Below are positions 55,534 through 64,000 of a stretch of DNA of 64,000 nt, in pieces. Source of the DNA: a bacterium HR16 (GTDB taxonomy: Bacteria > Armatimonadota > HRBIN16); contig BEHS01000001.1 in assembly GCA_002898895.1 (NCBI GenBank), positions 7,106 to 71,105 on the forward strand, written 5' to 3'. The number at the start of each line of letters is the position of its first letter. The first letter of the stretch is position 1. The position numbers and the translations under genes are program-made. The notes under the pieces were generated by a model that was given only the letters and a program-made list of their open reading frames with translations, had not been told where the DNA came from and did no database searches.

Positions 55534-57078
55534 ATGACCCGTGTGAGCGTGTGGGACGGCGCAGGTTGTGTTGGAGGCAATAAAATCCTGCTACAGGATG
55601 ACGACCTGACTCTGTGGCTGGACTTCGGGCAGAACCTCAGCCGCCTGATGGACTATTATGAGGAGTACCTGAAACCCCAGAAGGGGCGCGGGCTGTACGA
55701 GCTGTTTGTAATGGAATTACTGCCCCCCGTGTACGGCATCTATCACGAACGCTTTCTGGACGATTATCCCTTCGACGACTGGCGCGTCCGACTGGATGGG
55801 GTGGACAGTGTACTGCTCTCGCACGCGCATTCCGACCATGCGGGCGACCTGCAATACCTCCTGCCTGACATCCCGCTGGTCTGCTCCGCCGAGAGCGCGC
55901 TGTTACTGCGCGCCCTGCAGGACTGCAGCAGCCTCGACGACGGCACGATTTACGTACGCCGGTTCGAACTCAAGGAGGGCGAGTTCAGGAAGCTGGCGTG
56001 GAACCGCAGAGAGTCGCCCCTCGCCACTTTCCGCCCCGTACTGACCGCCGACGGCGACACGGAAGCGATGCAATCCTTCTGGAGCGAACTGCCCGGCGGA
56101 CACCATGACAAATGCGACCTGCAGCCGCTGGAGGCGTTCAACGGGCGGATAAAGGACTACGAGGTGCGCTTCTTCCCATTAGACCACTCCATCCCCGGCG
56201 CGGGTGCGTGGGCGGTGCAGACGAGCGCGGGATGGGTGGTATATACAGGCGACCTGCGCTTTCGAGGCGAGCGCAAACACCTCACCGAGCGATTTATGGA
56301 AGAGGCAGCACGGCTACAACCGGTTGCACTCATCATCGAGGGCACGCGCATCACGCGCACCGGCTCCGGCCACACCGAAGACGATGTGCAGGAAGAGTTC
56401 GCCAGACTGCTAAAACAGCACGCCCAACGGCTGGTGAGTGCAAACTTCTCGATGACCCATCTGGAACGTCTGAAGCGGTTCTGGCATACCGCCCGCGAAT
56501 GCGGCAGGCAGGTGGTGGTGAACCCCAAAGACCTGTACCTGCTCCATGCGTGGCGCCAGAGCGGATACGAGCTGCCGTTAGACGACGGCTCCTTGCGCGT
56601 GTATCAGGGCGTGGGCAAACCGCCTTCCGAATCGTGGGAGAAGGCTCTGCACGAACTGTATGGCAACCTGTGCATCACCGCACAGCAAATCTCGCGCCAT
56701 CCCGACCAGTACCTGCTCTGCTTCGGCTACTTCGACCTCAACGAGCTGCCGTACCTGAAGGTTTCAAATGGGTTATGGATACAATCCTTCAGCGAGCCGA
56801 TGACGGAGGAACAGCGTATCGACGACCGACGGCTCAACCGGTGGCTACAGCACTTCGGTTTCACACGCGAACCACCGCAGGGCGACCCGGACGATGAAAG
56901 GGTGCCCCTGCACGTGTCAGGACACGCCTCCGGCGAGGAGCTGGCAAGGGTGATAGAGACCATCCGCCCGAAGACGCTGATTCCGGTGCACACTACCGAA
57001 CCGGCAGCTTTCGTGGAGCGGTTCTCGGGTATAAGTAAGGTGATACTCCCTGAAATCGGAGAGGAGATACGCTTATGA
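55534..57078 (+). CDS. MBL-fold beta-CASP ribonuclease (RNase J-like)
   Basis: HAHSDHAGD metallo-beta-lactamase motif and beta-CASP HVSGHASGEEL motif. Confidence 0.7.
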   Translation: MTRVSVWDGAGCVGGNKILLQDDDLTLWLDFGQNLSRLMDYYEEYLKPQKGRGLYELFVMELLPPVYGIYHERFLDDYPFDDWRVRLDGVDSVLLSHAHSDHAGDLQYLLPDIPLVCSAESALLLRALQDCSSLDDGTIYVRRFELKEGEFRKLAWNRRESPLATFRPVLTADGDTEAMQSFWSELPGGHHDKCDLQPLEAFNGRIKDYEVRFFPLDHSIPGAGAWAVQTSAGWVVYTGDLRFRGERKHLTERFMEEAARLQPVALIIEGTRITRTGSGHTEDDVQEEFARLLKQHAQRLVSANFSMTHLERLKRFWHTARECGRQVVVNPKDLYLLHAWRQSGYELPLDDGSLRVYQGVGKPPSESWEKALHELYGNLCITAQQISRHPDQYLLCFGYFDLNELPYLKVSNGLWIQSFSEPMTEEQRIDDRRLNRWLQHFGFTREPPQGDPDDERVPLHVSGHASGEELARVIETIRPKTLIPVHTTEPAAFVERFSGISKVILPEIGEEIRL

Positions 57079-57560
57079 AGATAGGCATCATGGCGGACAG
57101 TCACGATAACCTGCCCAAAATCCGCGCGGCGATGGAGCTGTTCGAGCGCGAGGGCGTGGGGCTGATACTGCACGCGGGCGATTTCGTAGCGCCCTTTGCG
57201 GTGCGGGCGATGCACGACGCGCCCTGCCGGGTGGTGGCGGTGTTCGGCAACAACGATGGCGAGCGCATTGGGTTATCCAGAGCCTTCGAGCCCATCGGCG
57301 AGGTGCATCCCCGAATCGCCGTCGTGGAGGCGGACGGCAAGCGGGTCGGCGTGGTGCATCAGGACGAGCTGGTTGCGCCCATCGCGGCGGGCAATGCGCT
57401 GGACATGCTGGTGTACGGACACACCCACCGGCTGGACATCCGCCGCGAGGGTCAGGTGCTGGTGGTCAATCCGGGCGAAGTGGGCGGCTGGCTCACGGGC
57501 AAGTGTACGGTGGTTATACTGGATACGCAAACGATGGAGCCGAGGGTGTGGGAGGTGTGA
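57075..57560 (+). CDS. YfcE/MJ0936-family metallophosphoesterase
   Basis: MADSHDN, GDFV, GNND, GHTH motifs. ATGA overlap with upstream gene. Confidence 0.8.
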   Translation: MKIGIMADSHDNLPKIRAAMELFEREGVGLILHAGDFVAPFAVRAMHDAPCRVVAVFGNNDGERIGLSRAFEPIGEVHPRIAVVEADGKRVGVVHQDELVAPIAAGNALDMLVYGHTHRLDIRREGQVLVVNPGEVGGWLTGKCTVVILDTQTMEPRVWEV

Positions 57561-57573
57561 GCAGAGGCGAGGT

Positions 57574-60352
57574 CTACCAGAAGTGCATGCGCCTGCGGCA
57601 ACGCTCGGCGTCTGCGGTCGACCCTGCTTTCTCATAGTTCAGTATGGCTAAGTAATACAGTCGTGCTCGCTCGTAGCACCGAGCAGCCTCCAGAGGCATA
57701 TCAGCCTTTTCAAACCACTGCCCAGCCTCTGACCAGTTTCCCTGTTGCATGTTCCACACCCCCCCAACACCAAAAAGAGTCTCTCCCTCTGCCTGCTTGT
57801 CCGTAGCACTGAGCCGCCTTCGCGTAATCTTCCGCTCGTACGTAGCAGCTGGCCGCCTTTGCGTAATCCCCTAACCGCTGATAGCAACCGGCCGCCTTCG
57901 CGTAATCCCCTGCTCTTATATAGCAACTAGCAGCATCTGGAAGCAAATAAGCTTTTTCAAACCACTGCCCTGCTTCTAACCAGTTGCCTTGTCCTTCGTA
58001 AAACTTCCCCCAACACTGTGCGGCATCCCTTGTCCTGCTGGTTTGCTCGTAACATCTTGCAGCATTGGAGTAGTCCTTCGCTTGCTCATAACACCGACCC
58101 GCGTTGGAGTAGTCCTTCGCTTGCTCATAACACCGACCCGCGCTGGAGTAGTCCTTCGCTTGCTCATAACACCGACCCGCGTTGGCATACTGCCTTTCCT
58201 TCTAGTACAACTCCGCAGCTTCCTCGAGACGTCCAGACCATTCCATCCGCCGTGCCCTAGTCCAGATAGCTGGGTTTGTTGTCAATGCCTCATAGCTCCT
58301 CACCACCACCCTCTCCGCCGCCTCCCACGCGCTCAGCCATTGCTTGCTCAGCTTCGGCAGCGAAGGGGGCAAGCTCTGGGGGGTGTCTTCCACAACCACC
58401 AGCCCCCTCCGCGCTCGCGTCAGAGCCACATACAGGCGCGAGAAAGCCTGCAGACGGAGCACCGGAGACCTTCGCACCTGTTCGTGCATCCGGGAATAGA
58501 TGTTGAACAAAATGACCCGGTCGAACTCCAGGCCCTTTGCCTCTTCCACAGAACACAGCAGCGCGCCGTGCTGACCCAATTGCTGTGCTATGGGAATGTT
58601 TTTATCGCTTTCATCCCACACGATAACCGCTCCCTGGTCGCCAAGCCACTCCGCCAGCTGTTGCGCGCTGAGGGCAGGTGAATCGAGCGTTGCAGCAGCA
58701 GGAGGCAGTCCATCTAACAGCGCCGTCACATGGTAATCCGGCATTTCATCGAGGTCGTATTCCCTCTTGATCCGTTCGAGCTCCCCCTGCACGAACAGGG
58801 CAATCTGTCGGCTGTTGCGCAGGTTCAACTTCAGCGAGCCTTCCAGAACCGTTACCTCTTGCGAAAGCCTCCTGACAAGCCTGTTCCAGTGGAAACCGGA
58901 CGGACGCAACGCCTGGAAGGGGTCACCGGTGAGGAACAGCCCCGCGGGATGCCGTACCAGGCGCATGAGCAACATCCACTGCACTTCGCACAGGTCCTGA
59001 ATCTCGTCCACATATACGCCGTCGTATGAAGCGACGACCTTTTCGGGTTGTTCCCACAGCTTACGGCTCAGGTCCAGCTCGTCCGATCCGCCGATTGGGA
59101 ACCAGGTTTGGATGGCAGCAAAGATTGCCTCGCGCTCTTGCACAGAGAAGTCACTCGCCGCATTGTGCAAATAGCCTTCGCGGTCCAGTAATTGGCGCGT
59201 TTGCCAGTTGAGCTGACCTTTGATGACGTCCCAGTATTCTGCCCACAATGTCTCCTCATCCCAGGGGAACTCCCTGTGGCGACGCTTCCACGACCTGAGA
59301 GGCTCTTTCAGGTTCCCCATCTTCCAGACCTCTTTGACACGCTGGTACGCCTCATGAAACTGCCTGCGCATCTCGGTGTAGCTCTCTATCCGTACGTTGG
59401 GGAACCAGCGGCTTAACATATCTTCGTAGCTGAGAATATCTACCCTCTCCAGTAACTCCCGTCCTCTCGGTAAGTGCTCAAAGAGCAGCTGACACAGGGA
59501 GGTTAACGTCGGCGAATAGGTGACCACCAGATACCTGCCGGCGGGGTTCGCTCGAGCCTGACGATATAAGTGATAGAGCAGGATGGTGGTTTTGCCGCTA
59601 CCTACCGTTCCGCTCAGCAGTAGCGGACCCGGCTTCCGCACGAACTCCATCTGCTCCGGCAAGAGGTGCAGCAGGAAATCTTCGTCGCTCTGCGCGAGAT
59701 GCTCGATATCCTGCTCAATACGGTCCAGGCCGATCTCCAAAAACTCCTGCGCGTCATACAGGCTCTCCTGCTCCACCGATGACGCTTGCTCCAGCCACCA
59801 TTCCTCACCCCTGTAGTGCGGGCGGATGTACTGGTTGAGCACACTCTTACCTGTCTTAACCTCCCTTTCCACTATCGAGAGAGGCACGGTAGGATACTCG
59901 GGCAGTTTGCTGATGCCTATTTCCTCCAGTATGCCTTGTTCGTGCAGGCTGCTCGCAAGGCACAGCTCTTCCGCCTGATGGAGCGAATCATACGAGATAC
60001 GGCGGGCGGCGCTCAGGGCATCGTCATGATGGTCTACGTCCCACACAACAATACGGTCGCGCAAGTGGTTGCCATCCGAGCGACCTGTCCCTCCGTTTGC
60101 ACCGCCGTACTCGTGGGCGGGTTGTATGGTGAAGATGAGGCGCACATCACGGTTGACTCGCGCCTCGAACACGGGACGGTCAACACCTTTGAGACGTTTC
60201 ATGCGCAAGCCGAGGTGGTCGGTTTGCCCTTCGCAGAGCAAACGCACGCATTTGCTCACCTGGTCGTGTGGTAAAGCCTTTTCTCTCAGTTTCTTCTGTA
60301 CCCTGCGATGGAGGACGACGCTGCGCTTCATGAGCACCCTCTCTGGAGACAA
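57574..60352 (-). pseudogene. UvrD-like SF1 helicase with RelE/ParE-like N-terminal domain and C-terminal 13-residue repeat array, interrupted by in-frame TAG (58202-58204) and a frameshift (about 57740)
   Basis: Walker A GTVGSGKTT, motif II DEIQD, motif VI VALTRARRGL. After TAG the same frame continues KERQYANAGRCYEQAKDYSSAGRCYEQAKDYS... to 57710, then a shifted frame continues to 57574. Confidence 0.6.
58067..58183. repeat. perfect 39-bp tandem repeat x3 (GGAGTAGTCCTTCGCTTGCTCATAACACCGACCCGCGYT), coding for 13-aa units
   Basis: Three head-to-tail copies differing at one position. Degenerate 39-bp units continue to about 57780. Confidence 0.85.
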
Positions 60353-60552
60353 ACTCTTGTCACATCATAGCATATCCCTTAAACACTTTGCAAGCGGTTC
60401 GTGAACAAAAAGGCAGGATTCTCGCACTCCTACAGGAACTGTGCTCTCCGCCACGAAAAGAGTAGCCGCAGGCTTCAGCCTGTGCCAGTGATACGCAACC
60501 TGAAGGTTGAGGCTGCGTTTGGAATCACATTTGATGCTCTAGGAGGGCGGGC

Positions 60553-61869
60553 ATGAGCGTTCTGTTTGTCCTACTCCCCGCGCTGGCGATGTGCCTGGGG
60601 TGGGGTATTCGTGGACAGTTTGGTGGCGAGACGGGCGCGATGGTGCCCGGCGCGATGGTGGGGCTCGCGCTGGCGATGCTGGCAGGCTGGAGGGGCAAAG
60701 AGGCAGCGCGTCTGGCAGCGGTAGCAGCCTTCGCCTGCTCGTTGGGCGGAATGATGACCTACGGGCAGACCATCGGGCTGGTGCAAAACCAGTACCCCTC
60801 ACCGACCTACTGGTGGGGGCTGCTGGGATTGGCTATCAAGGGTGGCGTGTGGATTGGCATTACCGGTGCGTTTCTGGCGATAGCCACCAGTGACCGCTAT
60901 CGTCCGGGGGAACTGCTGGCGATGATTGTCGGCATGTTCGTGCTGGGCGCGATTGGCATGCAGCTGCTCAACCGCCCGCATAACCCACCGGAGCAGTTGC
61001 CCCTCATCTACTTCTCCGCGCGGAACGACCCCAAGCCGCGTGTGGAGTGGTGGGGTGGACTGTGGTTCGCGCTCATCGGCTTGATGGCGTACACCGGCGC
61101 GTTCAAGAAGCACCGGCAGGCGGTGGCGATGGCGCTATGGGGCATCGTGGCGGGAGCCATCGGTTTCAGCTTCGGCGAGGTGCTGCAGGCATGGGGAACG
61201 CACCAGAAACCCTTCGGCGAGGCGGTTCAACGCTGGATGGACTGGTGGAAGGTAATGGAGATGACCTTCGGCTTCATCGCAGGCGCAGGGCTGGGCATCG
61301 GCTGGAAGGTTACCGGACTATCGGCTACTCCGCCCCCCAAACCCCAAACCTGGCACCGCCGCTGGGACGACCTCACCATCTTGCTCTGGCTGATACCGGT
61401 GCTGGCGGTGGAACTGGGCATCGGCTGGGCGAAAGGATGGGAAAAACTGCCTGCGATATGGATGCTGATTGGACTGCTGGGCAGTCTGGCAGGTAGCGGC
61501 TGGGCGCCGTTCGGCACGGGCGTGGCGGTCACGCTGGTTTCTGCGAGCAATACGGTGCTTTATCTGGTGGACGAGCGCAAACTGCTCGCCTTCGGCTGGG
61601 GCTTCGCCGGTTTGGTGGTTCTGTTGTTCATCACCGCCTACCTCTCCGCGCTCTGGCATCGGCGGGAGGTGCCTGCGCGCACCTGGTGGCTGTGGACGGT
61701 ATGGATGCAGACGGGGCTGACGTGGGCGAAGTATCTGCCGGAGGTACTTTTGAAACCCGACGAGCGCAACTGGTTCGTGCGCTGGGGTTCGGGAGGCGTA
61801 GTAGAGATGAGTTTTGTGGTGCTGGCGGTGATACTTACCCTGCTGGTCTCCACACGCAAGGAGGTTTAA
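60553..61869 (+). CDS. polytopic integral membrane protein, unknown function
   Basis: About 12 predicted TM helices, Trp/Gly-rich. No soluble domains. Confidence 0.5.
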   Translation: MSVLFVLLPALAMCLGWGIRGQFGGETGAMVPGAMVGLALAMLAGWRGKEAARLAAVAAFACSLGGMMTYGQTIGLVQNQYPSPTYWWGLLGLAIKGGVWIGITGAFLAIATSDRYRPGELLAMIVGMFVLGAIGMQLLNRPHNPPEQLPLIYFSARNDPKPRVEWWGGLWFALIGLMAYTGAFKKHRQAVAMALWGIVAGAIGFSFGEVLQAWGTHQKPFGEAVQRWMDWWKVMEMTFGFIAGAGLGIGWKVTGLSATPPPKPQTWHRRWDDLTILLWLIPVLAVELGIGWAKGWEKLPAIWMLIGLLGSLAGSGWAPFGTGVAVTLVSASNTVLYLVDERKLLAFGWGFAGLVVLLFITAYLSALWHRREVPARTWWLWTVWMQTGLTWAKYLPEVLLKPDERNWFVRWGSGGVVEMSFVVLAVILTLLVSTRKEV

Positions 61870-61874
61870 CCCGT

Positions 61875-62052
61875 TGGAGGGACGCGCTCCGTCGCATCCG
61901 CAAAATCAACCTGTTGGAGGGACGCGCTCCGTCGCGTCCTGAATACAGCGGTCACGATGGAGCGTGACCCTCCAGCAGGGCAATCGGTGAGAGTACAGTT
62001 ACAGCCGCAGATACCTGATCGGATGGACGGCTCGGACGGAGCCTCGCCCTCC
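61875..62052. repeat. cluster of family-3 (x2 direct, x1 inverted) and family-2 (inverted) hairpin repeats
   Basis: GGAGGGACGCGCTCCGTCGC at 61875 and 61915. GGTCACGATGGAGCGTGACCCTCC at 61950. CGGCTCGGACGGAGCCTCGCCCTCC at 62028. Confidence 0.55.
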
Positions 62053-62059
62053 GTCAGCG

Positions 62060-62296
62060 TTACGTTGTCGCAGGTTTCTCGCCTTGCGAGGTTCCTCCCT
62101 CCTTCAGCGTACGGATGCCCAGCACTTTATACAGCGGGCAGAAAGCCACAATGCTCGTTACCAGCAGTATCAGCGCGATGATGCCGAGCACCCACGCCGC
62201 AATCGCTTTCACCGTGCCCAGTGCAATGAGCACGGCGAGCACGACCGCAATCACTACCCGAATCACGCGGTCCACAACGCCCATGTTCTTTTCCAT
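62060..62296 (-). CDS. DUF2892 (YgaP-like) small membrane protein
   Basis: D-R-x-I-R motif, two TM helices and conserved FCPLYKVLGI. Confidence 0.6.
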   Translation of the reverse strand: MEKNMGVVDRVIRVVIAVVLAVLIALGTVKAIAAWVLGIIALILLVTSIVAFCPLYKVLGIRTLKEGGTSQGEKPATT

Positions 62297-62356
62297 AGAA
62301 GCACACCTCCTCCCAGAGGATGTATTCCCGCTCCCCTCTTTATATACGGTGTATCC

Positions 62357-63175
62357 CTACACCGGCGTGCCCACCTCCAGCTCTTCGGGATTCAGTGCGC
62401 CCTTGCCGAAGATAATGGGAAAGGTTCCACCGTCGCTCAGACGGCGCGTGCGCCCATCCATATAACACACGCTGAACGCCCGTCGCGGGATGTCTATGGT
62501 GTTGACGCCGGAACCGTGCAACAGCCAGTTATGCAACAGGATGGCTTCGCCCGCTTCCGCCTCCAGATAGACCACTTTCTCCTCCGGGCAGTACATCGCT
62601 TCCTGCTCAGGGGTAATCGTGTGCCCCCACTCGCTGAGCAAGCCCAGCCGATGCGTGCCCGGCACCACGCGCACACAGCCGTTTTCTTTAGTAGCCGGGT
62701 CCAGCGCGGTCCAGATGGTCACGACCGGGTCGCGGTCCAGACCCCACTGTAGCCCTGCATCCTGGTGCCAGGGCAGAATCGTTCCCTTCTGAGCGGGCTT
62801 GTTCATGAACATCGCACGATAGCAGGCGATGGGCGCGTGCGCTCCGTAAACGGTTGCGCAAATCTCGCGAAAGATGGGCTTCTGCATGTAGCGCAGGAAC
62901 ACGGGGTCGTACTCCAGATTCTGAATCTTGCGGTAGCTGAGTGTGGGCCCCTTAAAGCCCAGCGTCTGTTCGGGCAGGTCCTCGTAACGCCCCGTTTCGC
63001 CATCCAGCTGCATTAACAGGCGGTCGTAGTTGATGTTCGCCTTGCCCAGCATGATGTCGTCGATGCGCTGGCGCATCTGCTCCAGCTCCTGCTCGGTCAT
63101 TACCTTGCCCAGGCGCAGGTAGCCGTTTTTAAAGTATTCGCACCACTGCTCGTCGGTAATGAAGGTATTGAACAC
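62357..63175 (-). CDS. phytanoyl-CoA dioxygenase (PhyH) family Fe(II)/2-oxoglutarate oxygenase
   Basis: HQD...H 2-His-1-carboxylate pattern (LPWHQDAG, LLHGSGVN) and family-typical length. Confidence 0.8.
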   Translation of the reverse strand: MFNTFITDEQWCEYFKNGYLRLGKVMTEQELEQMRQRIDDIMLGKANINYDRLLMQLDGETGRYEDLPEQTLGFKGPTLSYRKIQNLEYDPVFLRYMQKPIFREICATVYGAHAPIACYRAMFMNKPAQKGTILPWHQDAGLQWGLDRDPVVTIWTALDPATKENGCVRVVPGTHRLGLLSEWGHTITPEQEAMYCPEEKVVYLEAEAGEAILLHNWLLHGSGVNTIDIPRRAFSVCYMDGRTRRLSDGGTFPIIFGKGALNPEELEVGTPV

Positions 63176-63413
63176 GCTGAACCCTCCTCCTCGTACAGTG
63201 CGTTTATTGATGCTAAATTATACGTTGGCAGGCACCCTTTGTCAACCGTTCGAGGGGGCAACGTTGTTTGAGCGATAGAGTACAGCGTGCGCGGGAAAAT
63301 CCTCAAGAATTTTTCAAAAAATTCCGAAAACTCTTGCAATTTTTATGAGGATATGCTAGGATATAACTAGCGTAGCAAAACACTCCCGTGCGGGACCATG
63401 GTGGAGGTTAGCC

Positions 63414-64000
63414 ATGAAGCACACTGACAAAGGGCTTCTGCTCGCAGTGTGGGCAATTATCACCATGTTGCTCACCGGTACAGCGCTACTGCCGGCGCAG
63501 GCGAAGAAGAAGCCTCCTTCCCACACCCAATCGGCAGTTACCCTCTTAGGCAAAGCGCGTGGGGAGCCAATTCCCGGCTATCAGTTTCCCCTGCGGTATG
63601 AGACCTCTGTAGCACACACCCGTCCTGAGAAAGCCAACTCTGGTTTCCTTACCGGTCCCCAATACCTGCGGGAAGGGCAGGTTCTGGGCAATGAGGGCGT
63701 GGTGGAGGCAGGTCGCTTCATCCTCCCCTTCGGCACCAAGGGCGAGAAGGTCGCGCTGGCTTTCCTCAGCGGAGAATACGTGCCACCACAGGGCGAAAAA
63801 CTGCAACCCGCGCTGGCACAACTGGCGCAACAGCGCGCCGCGCAACTCTCCACGCAAGGCTCCAGCGCCAGACCAAGCGTGTACGCGCTCATCCTGCTCA
63901 ACGGCAGGCTGGACGAAGGCTTGCAGGCGTGGCTGGCAGAGCGCGGAGTGGAACTGTTTGGCTTTTACCCGTATACCGCCTATCAGGCGCGCATCCCCGT
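63414..64000 (+). CDS. secreted protein, partial (continues off-window)
   Basis: RBS GGAGG 6 nt upstream of ATG 63414. Signal peptide LLTGTALLPAQA. Confidence 0.4.
   Translation, partial: MKHTDKGLLLAVWAIITMLLTGTALLPAQAKKKPPSHTQSAVTLLGKARGEPIPGYQFPLRYETSVAHTRPEKANSGFLTGPQYLREGQVLGNEGVVEAGRFILPFGTKGEKVALAFLSGEYVPPQGEKLQPALAQLAQQRAAQLSTQGSSARPSVYALILLNGRLDEGLQAWLAERGVELFGFYPYTAYQARIP

Noticed and set aside
57574-57946. Small ORFs (61 and 78 aa) with DYAKAA.CY repeats as independent genes
   Set aside because: They are consecutive frames of the same 13-aa repeat array that continues in-frame from the helicase ORF after its TAG. Best interpreted as the disrupted C-terminus of that gene.

Overview
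This 64 kb window is from a high-GC (about 60-65%) bacterial chromosome. Secreted proteins carrying HAF repeats, PEP-CTERM and DUF1559 prepilin-like domains suggest an Armatimonadota- or Planctomycetes-like lineage; this is inference and not verifiable here. The left half (0-30 kb) is largely housekeeping: an ECF sigma / zinc-anti-sigma operon with a Met-rich secreted protein, an S9 peptidase, a CDGSH Fe-S protein, a nusA-ylxR-infB-DUF503-rbfA-nrnA-truB-ribF operon, a large TPR protein, a secreted lectin/dockerin protein, ispH, sdhCAB, an HD-GYP response regulator, an LptD-like protein with gmhB, a DUF72 protein and a GH78 alpha-L-rhamnosidase. The right half (30-64 kb) is accessory. It holds MITE/REP-like hairpin repeats of at least three families, a PEP-CTERM protein, an orphan ABC-ATPase fusion, a HAF-repeat/dockerin protein and a Mu-like prophage head-module remnant (protease/scaffold, decoration-like, gpT major head, head-tail connector proteins). 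Next comes a lower-GC island with an unknown 260-aa protein plus a PIN-domain protein, and a beta-class DNA methyltransferase cleanly split by an IS630-family element (TA duplication, A7 -1 frameshift transposase). Beyond that lie a cell-envelope glycosylation locus (GT2, M48 peptidase, CelD-like GNAT, sugar-P isomerase, PMT/ArnT-like GT with Ppm1/GtrB-like GT2), a DUF1559 pilin-like / Cys-rich poly-Pro operon, an RNase J-like beta-CASP hydrolase with YfcE, and a UvrD-like helicase. The helicase carries a RelE/ParE-like N-terminus and a C-terminal 13-residue repeat array encoded by perfect 39-bp DNA tandem repeats, interrupted by an in-frame TAG and a frameshift. No rRNA, tRNA or CRISPR array was seen. 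Many long ORFs in the six-frame track are antisense artefacts of the high GC content and are not called.
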